A stretch of 32,488 bases of DNA, from UHGV virus genome UHGV-0151217. The stretch is one strand, 5' to 3'. The position numbers and the translations under genes were made by a program. Numbering within the stretch: position 1 is the stretch's first letter; each line of letters starts with the position of its first letter. The stretch is from a virus. Positions 1 through 7,441 of the stretch are shown piece by piece. The notes under the pieces were generated by a model. The model ran no database searches and was not told where the DNA came from. It saw only the letters and a list, made by a program, of their open reading frames with translations.

Positions 1-66
1 TTTCGCCGAGAGTTTAACTGGTCACCGCGTGATATTCGTCAGGGACGGGATGGTTTTCTGCAATAA
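1..66 (+). CDS. rhaS: L-rhamnose operon activator RhaS, extreme 3' end (gene begins upstream of window)
   Basis: Frame 1 reads [21 protein letters not shown] then TAA. This matches my recollection of the RhaS C-terminus, and it is followed 73 nt later by an RhaR N-terminus, as in the rhaSR operon. Confidence 0.75.
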   Translation, partial: FRREFNWSPRDIRQGRDGFLQ

Positions 67-139
67 CGCGAATCTTCTCAACGTATTTGTACGCCATATT
101 GCGAATAATCAACTTCGTTCTCTGGCCGAGGTAGCCACG

Positions 140-277
140 GTGGCGCATCAGTTAAAACTTCTCAAAGATGATTTTTTTGCCAGCGACCAGCAGGCAGTCG
201 CTGTGGCTGACCGTTATCCGCAAGATGTCTTTGCCGAACATACACATGATTTTTGTGAGCTGGTGATTGTGGGGTAG
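140..277 (+). pseudogene. rhaR: rhaR 5' fragment, truncated by prophage insertion
   Basis: From GTG at 140 the frame reads [44 protein letters not shown], the RhaR N-terminus as I recall it. After ...ELVIV the frame runs into unrelated sequence and stops at 275-277, where RhaR should continue for ~240 more residues. Confidence 0.75.
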
Positions 278-427
278 TGATCAATTCTGGGCGGAGTTCG
301 TGCAGCCTGGTAGAACCTGCAAGCCTTGTGTGGCGCGGGGTATGGTGATTTAGTGTGATTCTGGGCGGATTTGTGAGAAATGACCAAAAGTGCCTTTTTT
401 TACGCTTTATTCTGGGCGCTTTTGATC
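278..427. repeat. Left-end array of three direct repeats (candidate transposase-binding sites, attL-like)
   Basis: ATTCTGGGCGGAGTTCGTG (284-302), ATTCTGGGCGGATTTGTG (357-374) and ATTCTGGGCGCTTTTGATC (409-427) lie within 150 bp of the host junction, arranged like the L1-L3 sites of a transposable phage. The sequence is not the Mu consensus. Confidence 0.5.
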
Positions 428-569
428 TGGTGGTGTAAGAAAGCGATCTCCTTTTAAAAGATTTTAAAACTCGTTTAAAAGATTCTAAAGCCCGTTCTAA
501 TCTTGTCTGATTTATTCCTTTCTTATCAGTTGTCGGTATTGGTTTTGTTGGATGTCGCTAGTTAGTTGG

Positions 570-612
570 CAGCATACGCCTACCAAGTAGTAGGCGTTCA
601 TGCTGGTTTTTT
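570..612 (+). terminator. Intrinsic-terminator-like hairpin plus T-run at the 3' end of the repressor gene (+ strand orientation)
   Basis: Stem CAGCAT-ACGCCTAC / GTAGGCGT-ATGCTG (570-605) followed by GTTTTTT (606-612). The repressor stop codon lies inside the stem. Confidence 0.4.
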
Positions 613-1245
613 GCTTACAGGTTTCGTTTCTTGCTCCAGCGTGGCAATGGTCTCACCACCTGGCGACCCAGTCCGTGCACGAGATTCGATGCGTCGCAAA
701 ATCTCTTTATCAGTTTCTTCATTACCAGCCAATGCCATGCAAATAGCGTCTTTAAGCGATTCCCTGATGTTTAGGCTTCTGATGGCAGTCTCTTGTTCGT
801 CCAGGTCGCTGTCGGTCTGCTTAGTTTGCCTGGTTGGTTGCTGTAGGCGTTCCAAGATTCCTTTAATGCCCATATCGCATATTGCACTTATCAGTTGCTC
901 CTTAACTTCTGTGGACGCTCTTTTCAATAACTCGTTAACTAGCTCGTTTGTAATATCGGGAGAAGGCTGCGCTGTTTGATTTGATAGAGAACCTTCTTTG
1001 GTGGTGGGTTCCTTACCGTAAGCGAGCCAATTTAAGCTCACTTGCTCTTTATCTGAGATAAGGCAGGCTATTTTAAAAGAAGGCTCAGTTCCTTTATGAA
1101 TGTAGTTGTTTAAGGTTGAAGGGGGGATTCCCCAATCACTCGCAGCAGTTCTGACACTGCGATTACCTATCAGCTTTACTAAACGCTCTCTGAAACTTTC
1201 TTTTCCCCGGTCGACAAAAGAAAAAGCATCATCATTTCTGGTCAT
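598..1245 (-). CDS. Prophage repressor (Mu c-like position, predicted DNA-binding)
   Basis: 215-aa ORF on the minus strand, divergent from ner, with an RBS (GAGGAAAG) upstream of the ATG. The N-terminal segment DWGIPPSTLNNYIHKG looks like an HTH. Position immediately inside the phage left end matches a Mu-type repressor. Confidence 0.7.
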   Translation of the reverse strand: MTRNDDAFSFVDRGKESFRERLVKLIGNRSVRTAASDWGIPPSTLNNYIHKGTEPSFKIACLISDKEQVSLNWLAYGKEPTTKEGSLSNQTAQPSPDITNELVNELLKRASTEVKEQLISAICDMGIKGILERLQQPTRQTKQTDSDLDEQETAIRSLNIRESLKDAICMALAGNEETDKEILRRIESRARTGSPGGETIATLEQETKPVSKKPA

Positions 1246-1378
1246 TTTTTCTTTCCTCTATAACTAGTTGATTTTAATTGCAAAAACCACATAAAGACCA
1301 AAATCAAAAAGAAAATACAAAGAAAGGGCTATTTTTGCTTTACATGGGCTACATATGGATCAATACTTGTATCCGAAG

Positions 1379-1400
1379 GGATAACACGGCGGTGTTATCC
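1379..1400. promoter_or_regulatory. Perfect inverted repeat in the repressor/ner divergent control region (candidate operator)
   Basis: GGATAACAC-GGCG-GTGTTATCC, a perfect 9-bp dyad, sits 28 bp upstream of the ner start and downstream of a TTTACA (1339-1344) candidate -35. Confidence 0.4.
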
Positions 1401-1427
1401 GCACGGATAATTTTTAAGGGTAACCTA

Positions 1428-1664
1428 ATGATGGTTAGAAATGAAGTAATGAACAAAGACTGGCACCGCGAGTACATCGTTGCCGCTGTGCACACCAAAG
1501 GTTTTACATTGCGTGAACTTTCTGAACGCGCTGGTCTAAAAAAAGACTCTTTAAAAAATGCACTGTATCGCTCATGCCCTAAATATGAACGCATCATAGC
1601 CGATGCTATTGGTGTGGAACCTGCGGAGATCTGGCCAAGCCGGTATGCCAGTAAGGCGGCGTAA
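1428..1664 (+). CDS. ner: Ner-like DNA-binding early regulator
   Basis: The 78-aa product contains DWHREYIVAAVHTKGFTLRELSERAGL...IIADAIGVEPAEIWPSRY, closely resembling the Mu Ner family. RBS AAGGGTAA. The stop overlaps the transposase start. Start may instead be 1449 (MNKDW...). Confidence 0.8.
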   Translation: MMVRNEVMNKDWHREYIVAAVHTKGFTLRELSERAGLKKDSLKNALYRSCPKYERIIADAIGVEPAEIWPSRYASKAA

Positions 1665-3706
1665 TGTTTTATTCAGCCAATGAGCTGGCCGGTCTTCCTC
1701 GTTTGCCCGGTACAGTTCAGGGGGTGCGATGGACGCTCAATCGGATCACAGAGACGCACCCGGAATGGAAGCGCAAGCGTGAAGGCACAAAAGCATTCGA
1801 GTATCACATCGACAGCCTGCCCGCTGAAGCGCAGAAAGTTTTACGTAAGCGCCTGACTCATCAGGTCCTGGAAGATGCACAACTGCCCGCCGTGGTTGAG
1901 CAGAAGGCAGTTAAAAACGTCGCCGTTCGCGATGAACTGGAAGTGATGGTCAAATGCCCGGAACTGGCATTACGCGAAGTCCAGGCACTGACCGACAAGC
2001 AAAAGGCCATTGCTGATGCGCGGATATTGCTGGCTACTGAAGTGCATAAACTGCGTGAATACGCCGGAATGACCAGGAAGGCCGCGTTAAAGCACATCGT
2101 TGATGGTGTGCGCATGGGGGCGTTACCTGACCGCATTATCGAAGCAGCGAATACTGCAAATGCACGTCAGGGAAAGCGAACCGGTGTCAGCACCGGCAGC
2201 CTGGATAGCTGGTACTCCAGCTGGGTGATGGCGCGCGGTGATGCCAATCAGTTACTGGCGTTACTGGCTCCCGGTCATCATAAGGGAACTCCGTGGGAGC
2301 AGGTCTGGTGGCTGAGCGATTTCTTTATGTTCTATCGCTCATGGAAGCGCCCGACCGTTGAATACGCTTATCGCGAGTTTTCAGCCTGGTGGCATGAGAA
2401 ACACGCGAATGATGCGGGAATGCTGGCGGCACTGCCTTCAGTTCACGCAGTAAGACGAGTGTTAAGCAGCGTCCCGGTGATTGTTAAGGAGCGTTTCCGC
2501 TCCACAGGTTCAGCCTGGCGTTCGCTCAATCCCTTTGTGCGGCGCGAGTGGACATCATTACCGGTTAATGCGGTATGGGTCGGGGATGGTCACTGTATGA
2601 AAATGACCGCGTTTAACCCCCTGACCGGCAATATTTTCCGGCCAGAAGTGACGCTGGTTATGGATGCGGGGCAGCGCTTTGTTGTGGGCTGGTCACTGTC
2701 CCTGTCGGAAAACGTGATAGCCGTTGCTGATGCGTTGCGTTACGGCATGGCACAGCACGGGATACCGCTGATTTATTATTCCGATAACGGGGGCGGCGAA
2801 AAAAACCGGGTGCTTGATGCCGATATTACCGGGATTCTGCCCCGGCTGGGTGTGGAGCATCACACGGGGATACCGGGTAACCCGCAGGGGCGCGGGGTAA
2901 TAGAACGGGCAAACAAAGGAATACCCAAAGACGTGGCACTGAGTTTCCAGACGTACTGCGCAAAGGATGCAGACAAGGAAACCGTAATGATGCAGCAACG
3001 GATTATGCAGTCGGCCATTAAGGCCACCCACAAAGGGAAAGAACTGACAAAACGGCAGGTTAAGGCGAGGGATGAAATCCCCACCTTTGAGCAACTGATG
3101 GCCGCCATAGAGCTGGAGGTCAGACGCTATAACAACCGGCCACACAGCAGCCTTCCCCGCAAAGAGGATGGCGAATATTACAGCCCGGCAGCGTATCGCC
3201 GGAAACTGATAAAAGAGCAGAATGTTGAAATTGATTTTCTGTCGCAGGAAGAACTGCATGAAATGTTCAGGCCGGAAGTGACGCGCAAAACATTTCGCGG
3301 GGAAATTCAGTTATTCAACAATATTTATTACTCGTATGAACTGGCCGCAGAGCACGGGAATGAAGTCAGGGTCAGTTACGATATTCATGACGCAAACAGT
3401 GTCATTGTCCGTCGGGCTGATGGCTCTTATATCTGCGATGCCATCTGGAACGGCAATAAGGTTGATGCCTTCGCTAAACCAGTTATCGAGCAAAAACTGG
3501 AGAAACGCGTCAGAGGCCGCATTGCACGGGCCACGCAGAAAATCGAAGAGGCTAAACGCGAGCTTACCCCGGCTATTACGCAGAAATCTGAGTTTAATTT
3601 TGGATTTGGTCTGGAGCGCCCGGAGAAAAAGGAAAAAGAAGAACTTTATTTATTCGCATCTGAACGCGAGCGCAATTTAAAGAAAAACGGCACAAACAAC
3701 CGTTAA
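1664..3706 (+). CDS. DDE transposase (MuA-like)
   Basis: 680-aa ORF immediately after ner with a TAATG stop/start overlap. Size and position match phage Mu transposase A. Confidence 0.85.
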   Translation: MFYSANELAGLPRLPGTVQGVRWTLNRITETHPEWKRKREGTKAFEYHIDSLPAEAQKVLRKRLTHQVLEDAQLPAVVEQKAVKNVAVRDELEVMVKCPELALREVQALTDKQKAIADARILLATEVHKLREYAGMTRKAALKHIVDGVRMGALPDRIIEAANTANARQGKRTGVSTGSLDSWYSSWVMARGDANQLLALLAPGHHKGTPWEQVWWLSDFFMFYRSWKRPTVEYAYREFSAWWHEKHANDAGMLAALPSVHAVRRVLSSVPVIVKERFRSTGSAWRSLNPFVRREWTSLPVNAVWVGDGHCMKMTAFNPLTGNIFRPEVTLVMDAGQRFVVGWSLSLSENVIAVADALRYGMAQHGIPLIYYSDNGGGEKNRVLDADITGILPRLGVEHHTGIPGNPQGRGVIERANKGIPKDVALSFQTYCAKDADKETVMMQQRIMQSAIKATHKGKELTKRQVKARDEIPTFEQLMAAIELEVRRYNNRPHSSLPRKEDGEYYSPAAYRRKLIKEQNVEIDFLSQEELHEMFRPEVTRKTFRGEIQLFNNIYYSYELAAEHGNEVRVSYDIHDANSVIVRRADGSYICDAIWNGNKVDAFAKPVIEQKLEKRVRGRIARATQKIEEAKRELTPAITQKSEFNFGFGLERPEKKEKEELYLFASERERNLKKNGTNNR

Positions 3707-3724
3707 TTTAAAAGGTATTTAATT

Positions 3725-4618
3725 ATGAGTTTAATTACGCAATTAAATGACGTAATGGCCCGTCGCGGCTATACGCAGACCCACGTCGCCCGTGCAATTG
3801 GTCGTAGCAGCGCCGTTATCAACCAGTATTTGCAGGGTAAATATCAGGGCGATATGGCTGATATTGAAGAACGCATTTCTGCCTTTGTGACCCGTGAGCG
3901 GGAAAAGGAAAACAGCCGCCGTATTAAAGCAAAGTTTGTGACCACCGGTATGGCTGCCAAAGGACTGGAGGTGCTGGCCTACGCTCACCTGGAATGTGAA
4001 ATCTGTGTGCTGTATGGCGCAGCTGGCCTTGGCAAAACAATGATTCTGCGTGAATACGCCGCCAGAAACCGGGATGCGGTCCTGATTGAGGCTGACCCAG
4101 GCTATACAGCCAGGACACTGCTTGAGGAGTTGTGCCGCCAGCTGGGGGTAAAGGTTCGCGGCAACATTCACGAACTGATTGATGCCTGTGTGCGCGAACT
4201 GCGTGATTCCGGTCGTCTGCTGATGGTGGACGAAGCTGAACTGCTCCCCTATCGCGCACTGGAGGTTCTGCGCCGTCTGCATGATAAAGCGGGTATCGGG
4301 GTTGTCCTGGCGGGTATGCCTCGTCTTCTGATTAATCTCAAGGGGCGTCGTGGTGAATTTGCGCAGTTATACAGCCGCGTGGCGCTGGCGCTTAACCTGG
4401 GCGACACGCTGGCGCAGGAAGATTTTAACCAGATAGCCACCGGGCTGATGCCGGAAGCAGCAGAACCGGAAATCAGCGAGGCGCTTTACGCGCGCTCGCT
4501 GGGTAATGCCCGCCGCCTGTTCAAACTGGCGCGCGGTGTGTACCGGATTTGCGATATCAGCGATGCGCCGGTCAGTGTGCAGGCCATAGATAAATTCGCA
4601 GAAATGTTAATTCACTGA
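3725..4618 (+). CDS. Transposition ATPase (MuB-like, AAA+)
   Basis: 297 aa with a Walker A motif (GAAGLGKT), a Walker B-like LLMVDEAE, and an N-terminal HTH-like segment. Directly follows the transposase. Confidence 0.85.
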   Translation: MSLITQLNDVMARRGYTQTHVARAIGRSSAVINQYLQGKYQGDMADIEERISAFVTREREKENSRRIKAKFVTTGMAAKGLEVLAYAHLECEICVLYGAAGLGKTMILREYAARNRDAVLIEADPGYTARTLLEELCRQLGVKVRGNIHELIDACVRELRDSGRLLMVDEAELLPYRALEVLRRLHDKAGIGVVLAGMPRLLINLKGRRGEFAQLYSRVALALNLGDTLAQEDFNQIATGLMPEAAEPEISEALYARSLGNARRLFKLARGVYRICDISDAPVSVQAIDKFAEMLIH

Positions 4619-4631
4619 GTAAAGGTCAGGT

Positions 4632-4964
4632 ATGGAACAGATTGCCGTAAAAAAAGAAATTAAAGCACTACGGAATATCGGTCGTAATGGTTGTATTTAT
4701 TTTAATGGAACCCCCGGTGAAATTATTCCGTTTGTTGATTGCTTCGTGCCGGGTGAACTGCGTATTGATTTATATTCCCGTGAACGGGAAATCAATGGAA
4801 CCGGAAATACCAGCGACGACTGGGATGTTGATGAATGCTGTGCGCGATTAATGATTATTCCTTTTGAGCAGACTTTGCAGGGGTTTCGTCGGGCTTACCG
4901 CCTTGCACGCATGTGTGCCCACCTGCCCCGGTATCAGCCCCGACTGGCGTTTACGCTCAGATAA
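4632..4964 (+). CDS. Hypothetical protein (accessory early region)
   Basis: 110-aa ORF, 13 nt after the MuB-like stop. Bracketed by a 19-bp direct repeat (see findings). No family recognised. Confidence 0.5.
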   Translation: MEQIAVKKEIKALRNIGRNGCIYFNGTPGEIIPFVDCFVPGELRIDLYSREREINGTGNTSDDWDVDECCARLMIIPFEQTLQGFRRAYRLARMCAHLPRYQPRLAFTLR

Positions 4965-5002
4965 TACAGCAGAGAAATGTTAATTCACTGATGGAGAACA
5001 AA

Positions 5003-5230
5003 ATGATGGAAAAGCAGGCCATTAATGCCGTCCGTTCCCGTGCCCGTGTGGCTATCCATACCACTGGCGGTCGCGTAACGGGGCAGCATCACCGTTTACC
5101 TGTGGTTTATGCCTGCCCGCCTGTGGGTGGTCCTGTATGGCCGGTAACGGAAATCGTTCAGACATTCAGCGGCCTGCGCCGCGTGGTTAAAACGTCCTGT
5201 ATCGACGGCTGTACCGTCGTATGGCAATGA
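5003..5230 (+). CDS. Hypothetical protein
   Basis: In-frame ATGs at 4991, 5003 and 5006. GGAG at 4993-4996 favours 5003. No family recognised. Confidence 0.45.
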   Translation: MMEKQAINAVRSRARVAIHTTGGRVTGQHHRLPVVYACPPVGGPVWPVTEIVQTFSGLRRVVKTSCIDGCTVVWQ

Positions 5231-5242
5231 GAGGAAATCAGA

Positions 5243-5458
5243 ATGGCGGTGAAATTAGAAGTAATTATCTATACCAATGAAAAAGGCGCGACTCTTACCC
5301 GGATTACAGGGAGTTATTCGAAGGATGGCACTTCCAAAAGGGAGCTTCAGGTGGCAACAGGATTACATGATGTTATCAAGGAAACGCTTAGAAATGACTA
5401 TAACGGCGTGAATCTTTTTTCTGAAAACGTTGCGCCTCGCGCACATAACACACATTAA
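5243..5458 (+). CDS. Hypothetical protein
   Basis: 71-aa ORF with RBS GAGAGGAAA 6-8 nt upstream of the ATG. Confidence 0.5.
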   Translation: MAVKLEVIIYTNEKGATLTRITGSYSKDGTSKRELQVATGLHDVIKETLRNDYNGVNLFSENVAPRAHNTH

Positions 5459-5487
5459 TCTGTAAATATCACTGAGGTAATTTAATT

Positions 5488-6132
5488 ATGACGACTGAAA
5501 ATAAAGTTAAGCAATACACGAAAACTCAAGCGCCTGAAGGTTATTGGGTGGATGCACGTGGCGTAATGACACCTGAAAGCCTTATCAAAGATATTGACCG
5601 CGACCGCGAGCAGCTGGTCGGTGAGCTTGTGGAGATGGTGATTGCTGCCTCCGCCTCACTACGTGAACTGAAACTGCGTGCGTTTGGTGATATTCAGGCG
5701 TTTATTGACCTGTCGGCGGAGAAATACGGCGCTGTGAAAGGCGGCAAAAAAGGCAATATCACGCTTTACAGCTTTGACGGGCGATACAAGATTCAGCGCG
5801 CCATGCAGGACCGTATCGCGTTTGATGAACGCATTCAGACCGCGAAGTCGCTGATTGATGATTGCCTGGCTGACTGGACGGAAGGTGCGCGCCCTGAAAT
5901 TAAAGCCATCATTAGCGAGGCATTCAGCACGGACAAGGAAGGCAACATTAACACAGGGCGCGTTCTGGCCCTGCGTCGCCTCGAAATTGAGGACGAACGC
6001 TGGAATAACGCCATGATGCTGATTGGTGAAGCCGTCCAGGTGATTGGCAGCAAGAGCTATATTCGTGTGTATGAGCGCGTTGGTGATTCTGATGAATACC
6101 GCGCAATCCCGCTTGATATTGCAGGGGTTTAA
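5488..6132 (+). CDS. Hypothetical protein (possibly DUF3164-type, as found in Mu-like prophages)
   Basis: 214-aa ORF with RBS GAGGT upstream. The family assignment is from memory of the profile and is uncertain. It is not Gam-like by eye. Confidence 0.65.
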   Translation: MTTENKVKQYTKTQAPEGYWVDARGVMTPESLIKDIDRDREQLVGELVEMVIAASASLRELKLRAFGDIQAFIDLSAEKYGAVKGGKKGNITLYSFDGRYKIQRAMQDRIAFDERIQTAKSLIDDCLADWTEGARPEIKAIISEAFSTDKEGNINTGRVLALRRLEIEDERWNNAMMLIGEAVQVIGSKSYIRVYERVGDSDEYRAIPLDIAGV

Positions 6133-6133
6133 C

Positions 6134-6367
6134 ATGCATCAGGATATCAAAGAGTACAGAGCCGGAAATCGTTGCGCGGCGTATTCGCTGGGTGCATCCA
6201 GAGCAGAACAACGCGGCGATTATGATGAGGCAGAAAAACTGTGGCGCAAGGCAGCGCAAAGCCCGTGTAGCACCCTGCGCCGCATCTGGGCTGAACATCG
6301 TGCGGAGTTCTGCGCTAACGCTCACCTGAAGGGCTGGAGGCCACGCCATGAATGCGAAGAACTTTAA
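6134..6367 (+). CDS. Hypothetical small protein (possibly ANR-family-like regulator)
   Basis: 77 aa, RBS GCAGGGG, starts 2 nt after the preceding stop. Helical W/R/A-rich composition resembles small ANR-type proteins. Tentative. Confidence 0.55.
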   Translation: MHQDIKEYRAGNRCAAYSLGASRAEQRGDYDEAEKLWRKAAQSPCSTLRRIWAEHRAEFCANAHLKGWRPRHECEEL

Positions 6368-6539
6368 TAAGCAGTATCCGGTAGGGACTCGCTTCATGCA
6401 CACTGCACATCCGGCGTTGCGTGGTGGTCGTGTGGTGAAAACCGTTTCACCTGCCAGAGATTTTAAATGTGGTTGTGTGGTTGAAATTAATGTCGAGCCT
6501 TATTTCGTTAAAATCGAAACACTGAAAGCACCGCATTAA
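6348..6539 (+). CDS. Hypothetical protein
   Basis: 63-aa ORF overlapping the end of the previous gene, with GGAGG 9 nt upstream. Confidence 0.5.
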   Translation: MNAKNFNKQYPVGTRFMHTAHPALRGGRVVKTVSPARDFKCGCVVEINVEPYFVKIETLKAPH

Positions 6540-6619
6540 TTTAATTTGTTTTTAATTGTTATTTAAAACAGGCGTAAACCCGCCGGGCTGGCTTACGCCT
6601 GAATCAAGAGGATTTGTAT

Positions 6620-7165
6620 ATGAAAGATAAAGTCTGGGATTTTATTGTTACTCCTGAAGGTTTTGCCACCCGTTCATCTGAGAAGTTAACCAATGTAACG
6701 TTATGGGCGTCATCCTTGCTGGGCTGTCTGGGAGCACCGGGTAATTTTATGGATGTGGTGCTTGATGCCCAGATTGCCGGGAATGCTGTGGCCAGTAGCG
6801 GGGCGTATATTCAGGGGGATTTGTTCGCCATGATGGCGAATGACACAGCAGCGCTGTATATCGCCACACGGAACATACTGACAAGAATAACCATGCTGTC
6901 TGACTGTAAGGATATGGAAGACCTCGCATACATCCTTGAAGATGATTTGCTCACTATTTCAGGCGTGCAGGAATCCCTCCCGCGTCAGTTGCGGTTTATT
7001 GACCTGATGGAGTCATATAAAGATAAGCCTGATTTTTTTCAGATTCGATTCAGTGGAATGGAACTACTGGATGAATATTATCCGCTGGATTCGATTTCCC
7101 GTGATGTGAAGGCGTTCGTTAAATCTGTTGACCGTCATTACCGGAAAACTGAACGTCGTAGTTAA
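6620..7165 (+). CDS. Hypothetical protein, no recognisable family (candidate moron)
   Basis: 181 aa from ATG 6620 with RBS AAGAGGA 6 nt upstream (a TTG at 6614 is less likely). Preceded by one copy of the conserved stem-loop leader and followed by the second copy. Confidence 0.7.
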   Translation: MKDKVWDFIVTPEGFATRSSEKLTNVTLWASSLLGCLGAPGNFMDVVLDAQIAGNAVASSGAYIQGDLFAMMANDTAALYIATRNILTRITMLSDCKDMEDLAYILEDDLLTISGVQESLPRQLRFIDLMESYKDKPDFFQIRFSGMELLDEYYPLDSISRDVKAFVKSVDRHYRKTERRS

Positions 7166-7245
7166 TAAGTCTGTTTTTAATTTTATTTGTATATGGCGTA
7201 AACCCGCCGGGGCTGGCTTACGCCTGAGTCAGGGAGAGTTTATTT

Positions 7246-7428
7246 ATGAATATCGCAAAGCAAAAAAAGTTCGCCCGCGAAATTAATCTGACAATCGTTT
7301 GTTTTAATCGTCTTGCGACCAGTTCTCAATCGACAGCAGATGCTCATTCAGTACCGCAGCCAGAACGAACTCCCCACGTTCCTGAAGGCCGTGCCGGAAG
7401 TTGCGTAATTCAGAATTCAGGATGCTGA
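7246..7428 (+). CDS. Hypothetical small protein (weak)
   Basis: 60-aa ORF with RBS GGGAGAG, directly after the second leader copy. The C-terminal half is S/T/P-rich and not obviously protein-like. Confidence 0.35.
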   Translation: MNIAKQKKFAREINLTIVCFNRLATSSQSTADAHSVPQPERTPHVPEGRAGSCVIQNSGC

Positions 7429-7441
7429 GGTTCAGACGACC

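Noticed and set aside
566-979. 137-aa + strand ORF
   Set aside because: Entirely antisense to the repressor gene (598-1245, minus), which has the better RBS and sits at the expected position. Low-complexity S/L/C-rich translation.
1278-1427. Longer 128-aa version of the ner ORF starting at 1278
   Set aside because: The extension covers the promoter/operator region and has no RBS. The Ner-homologous part begins near 1428-1449.
2693-3259. 188-aa minus-strand ORF
   Set aside because: Antisense to the transposase gene.
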